Assembly (NCBI GenBank): GCA_039933555.1
Contig: JBDTNV010000001.1
Location: 9,819 to 73,818 of the forward strand
From: Ignavibacteria bacterium
GTDB taxonomy: Bacteria; Bacteroidota; Ignavibacteria; Tepidaquicellales; OLB5
Direction: 5' to 3'
Length of the DNA stretch: 64,000 nt
How positions within the stretch are numbered: the first letter of the stretch is position 1; each line of letters begins with the position of its first letter. Below are positions 47,263-54,799 of the stretch, in pieces. The position numbers were made by a program, and so were the translations under genes. The notes under the pieces were generated by a model. The model made no database searches. It saw only the letters and a list, made by a program, of their open reading frames with translations, and was not told the origin of the DNA.

Positions 47263-47393
47263 AATTTAAATAACCCGCAAGTATTGGGACCCGCGGGTTA
47301 TAATTCAATTAAAGTAATGCATTACGGAGAACAATGCCGGTTTATTTTACCAGCCTTAGAAACAAGGCGGAAAATAATCCCGTGTACACGGAA
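47262..47393 (-). repeat. Copy B of the conserved structured 3'-UTR-like element
   Basis: Directly 3' of the stop of 47394-49196. Minus strand: CCGTGTACACGG palindrome, core GCCTTGTTTCTAAGGC, GCATT..AATGC hairpin, and a terminal 9-bp hairpin ATAACCCGC..GCGGGTTAT followed by TTTAAATT. Confidence 0.6.
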
Positions 47394-49196
47394 TTATTTA
47401 ACCAGCATCATTTTCTTGACATCGGTGAAACCTTCTGCCTCAATTTTATAGAAATACACACCTGATGATAATACAGAAGCGTTGAAATCCACTTTGTATG
47501 AACCTGCATTGTAATTTCCGTTTAAAAGCTCGGAGACCTGTTTGCCAAGCATATCATACACTACCAGTTTAACCATTCCTGTTTTAGGAATGCTGAAGTT
47601 TATTTTTGTTGAGGGGTTGAACGGATTCGGATAGTTCTGGCTTAATTCAAATTTGTCCGGTAAGATATTTCCGATTGGTTCAACAGCTGTTATAAGCTGC
47701 TCTGAATTGTAATATACATTTACAGGACCTGACCCCGGATAAGAAAATGCAGCATATTTTACAGTACCAACTTTGTAAATTGCTGTTGAAGGTGCAACGA
47801 GTCCTGAAGAGATGTTATTATTGCGTTTGTAGTAGCTGAAAGTTGTGCCCGGCGGAATTGTAAGCTGTTTTACATTTACAGAATCGCCGTCATCTGTTAC
47901 AAATCCCATAATTACATACTGGCCGCCGTTTGTTAATGAATCACTGTTGCATGTAGTAAAATCGGCGGTAACGGTGCTGCTTGTACCCATTAGCTGGTCT
48001 ACTGTCCATGTTTGGGCGCCATTGGTTGAATAGAAGAATCTGGGATTACGTGCCCTGGTGCATGTGATAAGCATTTTTCTTGGCAATGTATATTGCTGCT
48101 GAACTACAGTTAACTCAGGTTTTTCGTACTTAATTCCGGATGCAAATGCTACAAAGTATACAAAATGGCTTGGAGAAATAAATTCAGATGTTGCAATAAG
48201 CCTTAAGCCGTATTCAGTTCCCGAAAATCTTCTCTCAGTTGCAATGTAAATAGAATCTGTTCCTGTATTTTTTTCGCCGTACTGAATACTTGGATAAAAA
48301 TCATCCCAACCTGTATTTAATAACGCGCTTGTATGGCTCTCCGTCCATGTAGTGCTTAAGAAATGCCTTAAACCCACCTGAACACCCGCATTTGAAGCTT
48401 CTCTAACTACACAATGAAGATATGTTGCTGTACCCCAATACATTCCATCGCTGCATGTAGAAGGATATTCATACTTATTACCTGCTGCCGGAGTTGAAAC
48501 CAGATTGTAGTTCCAGTTAATTCCTGTGCGGTTAAATGTAACTGATTCAAGCCTTGCATCGTTGAAATTTGAAGTTAAGCTTGTTACATAGTACAATACG
48601 ATCTTTGTTGAATCACCAAAGTTAGTGTTACTCCTGTTTTCAACCAGCATAGAAACGCTCTGGATATACCTGGTACCCCAGTCAAGGCCCTGTACAAATG
48701 CCCATGTTGCGCCTCCATTGCTGGACCTGTAAACTACGAGGCTTCCTAATGTACCTGTTATCGGTCGTTTGTTTATAGCAACATACATCCATCCGTCTTC
48801 ACCCTGTTTGAGGTCAATTTGTCTGAATCCACCCACATATGCAATGTTGCCTGCGAATACTGTAACATCAGTGCCATACCAATCCGGATTGAAGGGTGGA
48901 TTGGTTGTATTATTTGGAACCGGCCTATCCCGTGATGCATCTGTTGAGTTTTCCTGAGGAATGTATTTTAATATTTCATTGCCGATCCTTTCCTTGGCAT
49001 CATTATCATGCTGTCTTTTAGCAGCTGCTAACTGCTCGAGAAGGTTTTGCGGTATTGCATTTCTATCCCCTTGAAACTGCTGGATCTCACCCGGCTGTCT
49101 TGACCAATCCCCGGGAACTTCCTGTGATTGTGATACTGATGAAATGACCAATAAGATCATTGCGTGAATTAAAAAAAGCGTTTTGAATTGTTTCAT
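47394..49196 (-). CDS. T9SS-secreted BNR/sialidase-like propeller protein
   Basis: Signal peptide, BNR-type motifs (SSNGGATW, STNGAQTW), and C-terminal NYPNPFNPSTKINF..YFYKI..KKMMLVK. Confidence 0.75.
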   Translation of the reverse strand: MKQFKTLFLIHAMILLVISSVSQSQEVPGDWSRQPGEIQQFQGDRNAIPQNLLEQLAAAKRQHDNDAKERIGNEILKYIPQENSTDASRDRPVPNNTTNPPFNPDWYGTDVTVFAGNIAYVGGFRQIDLKQGEDGWMYVAINKRPITGTLGSLVVYRSSNGGATWAFVQGLDWGTRYIQSVSMLVENRSNTNFGDSTKIVLYYVTSLTSNFNDARLESVTFNRTGINWNYNLVSTPAAGNKYEYPSTCSDGMYWGTATYLHCVVREASNAGVQVGLRHFLSTTWTESHTSALLNTGWDDFYPSIQYGEKNTGTDSIYIATERRFSGTEYGLRLIATSEFISPSHFVYFVAFASGIKYEKPELTVVQQQYTLPRKMLITCTRARNPRFFYSTNGAQTWTVDQLMGTSSTVTADFTTCNSDSLTNGGQYVIMGFVTDDGDSVNVKQLTIPPGTTFSYYKRNNNISSGLVAPSTAIYKVGTVKYAAFSYPGSGPVNVYYNSEQLITAVEPIGNILPDKFELSQNYPNPFNPSTKINFSIPKTGMVKLVVYDMLGKQVSELLNGNYNAGSYKVDFNASVLSSGVYFYKIEAEGFTDVKKMMLVK

Positions 49197-49320
49197 TTTG
49201 TTCTCCTGTTTGTTTTTTGATTTATTGTTTTTTGATTTATGCTGTTTAAACTTGTATTGTTGAATTACAAATATTTTAACCCTGGATATCTCTTGGACTG
49301 TTCATTGTATAATTATTTTT

Positions 49321-49632
49321 TTATGTTATTCTCTTTTTTATTGGTTCACTCCACGGCCCCTGTTTTTCAGAATTTACCGCGGCGACCCTAAATGAATATA
49401 TTTTGTTCGGTTTTAGACCCTTAATTGTATATTTTGATTCATTGGTAATATCTACTAAAATCCATTGTTGTTTTATGTTACCGTTACAGCATTCAATTAC
49501 ATATGAGTCAGCAGCTTCAATTCCATCCCAGTTCAGGTCCACTTCACCTTTTAAATCACCCTTTGCCGCGCTCATCGAAGAAATTGTCAGTCCATTCCCC
49601 GAACGATGCCGGGATTCCAATTTGTTTAACAT
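49321..49632 (-). CDS. Small fibronectin type III domain protein without a signal peptide
   Basis: LNWDGIEAADSYVIE...YTIKGLKPNKIYSFRVAAVN..GPWSEP is a typical FN3 pattern. ATG at 49632 is preferred over the listed TTG at 49656 because the -7 box lies at 49654-49661. Confidence 0.6.
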   Translation of the reverse strand: MLNKLESRHRSGNGLTISSMSAAKGDLKGEVDLNWDGIEAADSYVIECCNGNIKQQWILVDITNESKYTIKGLKPNKIYSFRVAAVNSEKQGPWSEPIKKRIT

Positions 49633-49653
49633 TTTTGTTTTAATTTTCACGTA

Positions 49654-49661
49654 CAAAGATA
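49654..49661 (-). promoter_or_regulatory. Putative -7 box (TATCTTTG) for the FN3 / 600-aa T9SS genes
   Basis: Reverse complement matches TAnnTTTG, 21 nt upstream of the ATG at 49632. Confidence 0.45.
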
Positions 49662-49856
49662 GATTTTGAAAGGGCTGTTTGAAAAGAATATTTGAGGGTA
49701 ATGTTTACGGTCTTAGTGTAAATAGATGCGGAAAATGTACAGTTATTTCTATTTTTTTATTATTTTTACCATTTTATTTCATTTCATTTGTTAGTAGATT
49801 TTAGACATTGGAATTTATATGAAGATTGTTTCTGAAAACCACATAACTAAATACGT

Positions 49857-49864
49857 TAGTTTTG
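49857..49864 (+). promoter_or_regulatory. Putative -7 box (TAGTTTTG) for P4
   Basis: Matches TAnnTTTG, 27 nt upstream of the ATG at 49892. Confidence 0.4.
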
Positions 49865-49891
49865 CTAAACTGTAAATATTCTTAAGGACTT

Positions 49892-51343
49892 ATGGTCGAA
49901 AGCACTCTGATTTTATTACTGAAAAAGTTCGATAAACAACAGTTAAAAGAATTTAATAACTTTGTTAAATCCCCATTCTTTAATACCAATAACGCGCTTG
50001 TTAAGTTATATGAATACATAAGAAAACAGCATCCTGAGTTCATTCCCGAAAAGCTAGAAAAAAAATATGTATACAAAAAACTATATGGAAAGACTGAATT
50101 TAACGACGGTTTTTTGAGAGTATTGATGTCTAATCTTCAGAGTTTGGCTGAAGAATACCTGATGCATAAAGCTTTTCAGCACGAGCCTCTGATAAAAAAG
50201 AAATACCTGCTTGATGAGTTAAGCTCAATGGGTGCGAGAAAACATGCGGAGAAAGTATTAAATGAGGGGTTAAAGGAATTGGCGAAAAGTACGCCAAAAA
50301 ACCCGGAAGATTATCTTGGAATGTATTACATGGCGTTCTACAAAAGGTATTTATACAGTACGCAGTTTATTGTAAGCAAAAACAATAAACCTGATGAGAG
50401 TCTTTATGAAGACCAGAAATATTTTAACATTCATTTTTTGTTAAGAACTTTAGCCAGTCATTTCTATCTCCTTAATCAAAAGCAGATAATTAACTATGAG
50501 CCCAGGCTGATTTTTCTGGATGAAATAACACTTTTTCTTGAGAGAAATCCTGAATACCTCGAAATTCCAATGCTAAATATTACATTTCTTAGGGTTCTGC
50601 TGCTTAAGAATAATGATATAAAAGATTATTACAGGCTTAAGAATGCTTTTTTCGGTACATTTGAAAAGCTTGATAATAAAGATGCATTCAATACAATTTC
50701 AATAATCATTAATTATTGCCAAAAAAATTATTCGGATACTGAAGATGAAATATTCCTGAAAGAAAAATTTGATATATTGAAATTTGCTGTTGAAAATAAC
50801 CTGAACACTTTTGAAAAGGCTGAAGGTTTTGAAGGAAGCAGGTTTAACAATATTGTAAATACCGCTTTGGAATTTAATGAGACCGGCTGGACGGAAGATT
50901 TTATCAGGCATTATGGAAAAGAACTTGAACCTGATAGAAGGGATTATCTGATAGCTTTTGCCAGTGCCTTGGTTCTTTCGGCGAAAAAAGAGAACGATGA
51001 AGCGTTAATACGCTTATCGAAGCTAAAAAACCCTTCTTCATCAACTGATAAATTTAATTTAAAGACGCTTCAGTTAAAGATTTATTATGAAAAGAATTAT
51101 ATTGACCAGGCCGAAAGTACCGCTGATTCATTCAGGCATATGATCCAAAATGATAATGTACTCCCTGAAGCTTACAGGGAATCATACAAGAATTTCTATT
51201 CAGTTTATGTTAAATTGCTAGCTTTAAAATTAAGAAATGATAAATCAGATGTAAGTGATTTCAGGGAAAAGCTGAATACGACAAAGAATATAATTAATAA
51301 AAAATGGTTGAACGAAAAGGTGAAAGAAATTGAAAATAAATAA
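49892..51343 (+). CDS. P-family paralog P4
   Basis: KKFDKQQLKEFNNFVKSPFFNTNNALVKLYEYIRKQHPEF, RFNNIVNT, WTEDFIRHY, TPR-like AFASALVLSAKKENDEALIRLSKL, and terminal KKWLNEKVKEIENK. Confidence 0.75.
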   Translation: MVESTLILLLKKFDKQQLKEFNNFVKSPFFNTNNALVKLYEYIRKQHPEFIPEKLEKKYVYKKLYGKTEFNDGFLRVLMSNLQSLAEEYLMHKAFQHEPLIKKKYLLDELSSMGARKHAEKVLNEGLKELAKSTPKNPEDYLGMYYMAFYKRYLYSTQFIVSKNNKPDESLYEDQKYFNIHFLLRTLASHFYLLNQKQIINYEPRLIFLDEITLFLERNPEYLEIPMLNITFLRVLLLKNNDIKDYYRLKNAFFGTFEKLDNKDAFNTISIIINYCQKNYSDTEDEIFLKEKFDILKFAVENNLNTFEKAEGFEGSRFNNIVNTALEFNETGWTEDFIRHYGKELEPDRRDYLIAFASALVLSAKKENDEALIRLSKLKNPSSSTDKFNLKTLQLKIYYEKNYIDQAESTADSFRHMIQNDNVLPEAYRESYKNFYSVYVKLLALKLRNDKSDVSDFREKLNTTKNIINKKWLNEKVKEIENK

Positions 51344-51358
51344 TCAGCAATATAAATT

Positions 51359-52000
51359 TTACGGCGCAAGCCTTTCAATTTTCCAGCCTGATTTAGCTGT
51401 TTTATAACTGACCCTGTCATGCAGCCTGTTGGGCCTTCCCTGCCAGAATTCAAATGATTCAGGCAATAGCCTGTAGCCGCCCCAAACATCAGGCAAAGGG
51501 ACATGGTTCTTAAACTTAACCATATATTTCAGGAATTCTCTGACAATTGCAGAACGGCTTTCTATCACACTGCTTTGTTTTGATGCCCATGCACCAACCC
51601 TGCTTTTATACGGTCGGGTGTTAAAGTACTCCTCACTTTCTTCTTTAGAGACTTTTTCAATTTTACCTTCAATTCTTACCTGGCGCTCAAGTTTATCCCA
51701 ATAAAACAATAAACAACCAAAAGGATTTTCTTCAATATCTTTGCCCTTTTTGCTTTTGTAGTTGGTATAAAACACAAATGAACTATCGTGAATGCCTTTT
51801 AACAGCACAACTCTTGCCGAGGGTTTTCCTGTTTTGGACGCAGTTGCTAATGTCATAGCATTGGGTTCCAGAAAACCTGAATTTAAAACTTCCTGAAACC
51901 ATTTTTCGAATTGTTTGAAAGGGTCTTTGCTGACAGCGCTGACTGAAAGAGTACTTTTTGAATACTGTCTTCTTAAATTTTGAATATCTTTTTCATCCAT
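51359..52000 (-). CDS. pdxH: Pyridoxamine 5'-phosphate oxidase
   Basis: RVVLLKG, FVFYTNYKSKKG, LLFYW..LERQVRIEG, RVGAWASKQS, WGGYRL.P..FEFWQGRPNRLHDR. Confidence 0.92.
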   Translation of the reverse strand: MDEKDIQNLRRQYSKSTLSVSAVSKDPFKQFEKWFQEVLNSGFLEPNAMTLATASKTGKPSARVVLLKGIHDSSFVFYTNYKSKKGKDIEENPFGCLLFYWDKLERQVRIEGKIEKVSKEESEEYFNTRPYKSRVGAWASKQSSVIESRSAIVREFLKYMVKFKNHVPLPDVWGGYRLLPESFEFWQGRPNRLHDRVSYKTAKSGWKIERLAP

Positions 52001-52037
52001 ACATCAAATTTAACACACAGGAGATAAATTTAACACA

Positions 52038-52436
52038 CTATTTTTTGCGGTACATCAGGTAGGCATTACCGCATTTTTCAAATCCTATCTTCGGATAGTA
52101 ATCCATTGCCTCAGGCGCTGAAAGTAGTACAAGATTGGATTCTTCTCCAATGAGCTTCTGGATCTCATCAACCAGCTCATGTCCAATTCCCTGGTTCTGA
52201 TATTCTTTATCTACGGCTAGATCTGAAAGATAACAGCAATAGCTGAAATCGCTTAAAGCCCTTGCCACACCAACCAACTTTTCGCCATCCCATGCAGTAA
52301 CAGTGAGGTTCGAATTATCGATCATTTTCTTAACCCTGTTCAGGTCTTCAACCGGCCTTTTAATGCCGGATGCCTTAAATAGATCAGATAATTCATGTGC
52401 TTCAAGTTTTGCGTTTGTTTTATAGGTAATTACCAT
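52038..52436 (-). CDS. GNAT-family N-acetyltransferase
   Basis: Acetyl-CoA motif YQNQGIGHELV. The internal ATG (MVITYKT..) is preferred because the listed 32-aa N-terminal extension overlaps the upstream gene. Confidence 0.7.
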   Translation of the reverse strand: MVITYKTNAKLEAHELSDLFKASGIKRPVEDLNRVKKMIDNSNLTVTAWDGEKLVGVARALSDFSYCCYLSDLAVDKEYQNQGIGHELVDEIQKLIGEESNLVLLSAPEAMDYYPKIGFEKCGNAYLMYRKK

Positions 52437-52449
52437 AAAAATCCGGGGG

Positions 52450-52887
52450 TTATTTACTAAAATAGGATTTGTACACCGGTTTTCTGTAAAAAAATTGCAT
52501 AAAAAAAGCCGGAAACAGCAAAAAATCTGCAATTATATTGCCAGATTTGTAACAAATATCATCAATAATTATACTACTATCAATAGATTTTTCAATTTTG
52601 TGCGTATGCTTCCAGTATCTAAGGGGCTTCGGAAGTAATACACCCTCATCTATAAAATATATTTCGTTTTCATTTGACTGCTGGTCAGTTATCAGTGAGA
52701 TCCATTTTTGTCTGAGGCCAAGTATGTTTATTTCAACATGGACTTCATCACCTTTTTTGCATCCATCAAACCTCAATACCTTTAAACCTATCAAATGCGG
52801 TTTAAGTTTCATAAACAGGTTAATATCAAAAGCTTGAAATACTTTCCTGTAATCCTGTGGGACCTTTGTCTTTATTGTTATACGCAT
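52450..52887 (-). CDS. Hypothetical protein, possibly SRPBCC/START-like fold
   Basis: 145 aa, alternating beta-rich pattern with a C-terminal helix; assignment by general resemblance only. Confidence 0.35.
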   Translation of the reverse strand: MRITIKTKVPQDYRKVFQAFDINLFMKLKPHLIGLKVLRFDGCKKGDEVHVEINILGLRQKWISLITDQQSNENEIYFIDEGVLLPKPLRYWKHTHKIEKSIDSSIIIDDICYKSGNIIADFLLFPAFFMQFFYRKPVYKSYFSK

Positions 52888-52893
52888 TTTAAG

Positions 52894-52928
52894 CTAAAAA
52901 GGCTCTTCAATGTTTGTTGAAGAGCCTT
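52894..52928 (-). terminator. Rho-independent terminator after icd
   Basis: Minus strand: 12-bp stem AAGGCTCTTCAA / TTGAAGAGCCTT, 6-nt loop, then T5. Confidence 0.8.
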
Positions 52929-52950
52929 ATAGTGAATTATTTATTTAATT

Positions 52951-54387
52951 TTAAGCCGTGAAACCGTTTTCACCGTCAAATGTATATAAATTCTCAGTCT
53001 TTATGAAATCATAACCTTCAGTTCTGAATTTTTCAAGCTGAGCTATCAATTTCTCGTGGGTTGTTGTGCCGGAAGAAGCCTGAAAGCGGCATCTCCAATG
53101 GTCTACACAGAATGTTTCCTTTAGGCCACCCGGGTAAACTTTAACACCCCTGTTTGTAATTGCTGAGAGCTTTAAGCCATCTACTGCAATATTTTTCAGC
53201 TTATTGCCAAGCTCATCTGCTGTGCCTGCTGTCCAGTGAAGGAATACATCAACTCCAACAAGTTCCTTCTTAGCTTTAACAATATTTGCATAGTCATAAT
53301 GAGGAAGCATTTTAACATCAAAGTCGTGATATTCAACAGGCTTCAATGTTGAAGGCTTCTGCCCGATTCTGGCAATTACAGCTTTTGCAAATTCTTTAGT
53401 GCCTACTTTTTCTTTGCTTACACCATCTCTGAATATATCATAAGTATGAACACCATCTTCAAGTGTCTTAAGCCATGCATTGTGAACCTTTGTTGCAATT
53501 TCAGCCTGGTTAATATGAGCAAGCATTAAAACTGCTCCGAGTAAGAGTCCAGATGGGTTTGCTGAATTCTGTCCTGCTCTTCTTGGCGCTGAGCCGTGTA
53601 TAGCCTCGAACATAGCGCATTTATCACCAATGTTAGCAGAGCCGCAAAGTCCAACAGAGCCGGTCATCTGAGCGGTTACATCAGATAGAATATCTCCGTA
53701 AAGATTTTCCATCACAACAACATCAAATGTCTCAGGAGAGGTTGCAAGCTTAGCCGCGCCTATATCAACTATCCAGCTTTCCTTTTCAATTTCAGGATAC
53801 TCCAAGCCAACTTTATCAAATATCTTATGAAAGAGGCCGTCAGTGAACTTCATGATGTTGTCTTTCATGAAGCATGTTACTTTTTTTCTGCCGTTAGCTT
53901 TAGCATATTCAAAAGCATAACGTATAATTTTCTCAGAGCCGGGTTCAGAAATAAGTTTAATACCCTGCATAACCTGGTCAGTCTGCCTGTACTCTATTCC
54001 TGCATATAGATCCTCTTCATTTTCCCTCATGATAACAACATCCATAATTGGGTGTTTGGTCTGAATGTAAGGTGAGTATGAAACACACGGGCGGACATTT
54101 GCATACAACCCCAAAGTTTTCCTGGTAGCAACATTTAAGCTTTTAAATCCGCCGCCTTGCGGAGTAGTAATAGGAGCTTTAAGGAAAACCTTCGTTTTCA
54201 GCAGTGATTCCCATGCGCTGGGCTCAATTCCTTCGGCTATTCCTTTGCCGTAGACCTTCTCGCCTATTTCGATTACTTCAATATCAAGCTTTGCACCAGC
54301 AGCCTGTATTATATCAAGTGTAGCCTGCATAATTTCCGGACCGATACCATCGCCATAAGCAACTGTAATTGCAGTATTTTCAGACAT
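52951..54387 (-). CDS. icd: Isocitrate dehydrogenase (isocitrate/isopropylmalate dehydrogenase family, long form with extra C-terminal domain)
   Basis: YGDGIGPEI, VIMRENEEDLY, NLYGDILSD, GSAPRRAGQNSANPSG. The ~140-aa C-terminal extension resembles the long form I recall for the Thermus-type enzyme. Confidence 0.8.
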   Translation of the reverse strand: MSENTAITVAYGDGIGPEIMQATLDIIQAAGAKLDIEVIEIGEKVYGKGIAEGIEPSAWESLLKTKVFLKAPITTPQGGGFKSLNVATRKTLGLYANVRPCVSYSPYIQTKHPIMDVVIMRENEEDLYAGIEYRQTDQVMQGIKLISEPGSEKIIRYAFEYAKANGRKKVTCFMKDNIMKFTDGLFHKIFDKVGLEYPEIEKESWIVDIGAAKLATSPETFDVVVMENLYGDILSDVTAQMTGSVGLCGSANIGDKCAMFEAIHGSAPRRAGQNSANPSGLLLGAVLMLAHINQAEIATKVHNAWLKTLEDGVHTYDIFRDGVSKEKVGTKEFAKAVIARIGQKPSTLKPVEYHDFDVKMLPHYDYANIVKAKKELVGVDVFLHWTAGTADELGNKLKNIAVDGLKLSAITNRGVKVYPGGLKETFCVDHWRCRFQASSGTTTHEKLIAQLEKFRTEGYDFIKTENLYTFDGENGFTA

Positions 54388-54799
54388 TTATAAATCCTTT
54401 CTTGAACATGTTATGATTTTATATTAAATAATTTCGGAGTGATAGCGCAATTTACTAATATTAAGGGTAAAATTAAATGTAGAATTCAGGTTTACAGATA
54501 AACGATTTTCTGATGAGAATCATCTAAATGATTAATAACGAAATTTTTGCCCTTCTTTTTCTAAAAACCATATATATATGAGATGTTTATACAATACACA
54601 CATGGTTATCTTAACTGTCACTATTTTTTATTTCATATGTCTAATTCTTAATGAGAGTTGTTATATAGTATTCTGAACTTAATTGGTTAATCACAAAAAT
54701 TTGTAAAGGATATTTTAAATAGAATCATAAATGATATATTTATTTAATTTCTCTATACTAATGAAAATGAATTGAAATAAACCTACTTAATTAATTAAT

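Noticed and set aside
47092-47451. 119-aa ORF listed as a possible gene
   Set aside because: It reads through the homolog of the P4 upstream non-coding region, a relic P-gene head, the antisense of repeat copy B and the 3' end of the 600-aa gene. It is better explained as a chimera of relics.
51205-51504. 99-aa minus-strand ORF spanning the P4/pdxH junction, and the 164-aa extended form of the GNAT gene (52038-52532)
   Set aside because: The first overlaps the 3' end of P4 and the 3' end of pdxH out of frame. The GNAT extension encodes Cys/Phe-rich residues overlapping the upstream gene, and an internal ATG gives a canonical GNAT start.
54388-54799. 412-nt AT-rich intergenic region upstream of icd and the FG-GAP gene, scanned for small RNAs, tRNAs or repeats
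   Set aside because: I found no cloverleaf-like or strong hairpin structure and no similarity to other spacers in the window. It is probably just divergent promoter DNA.
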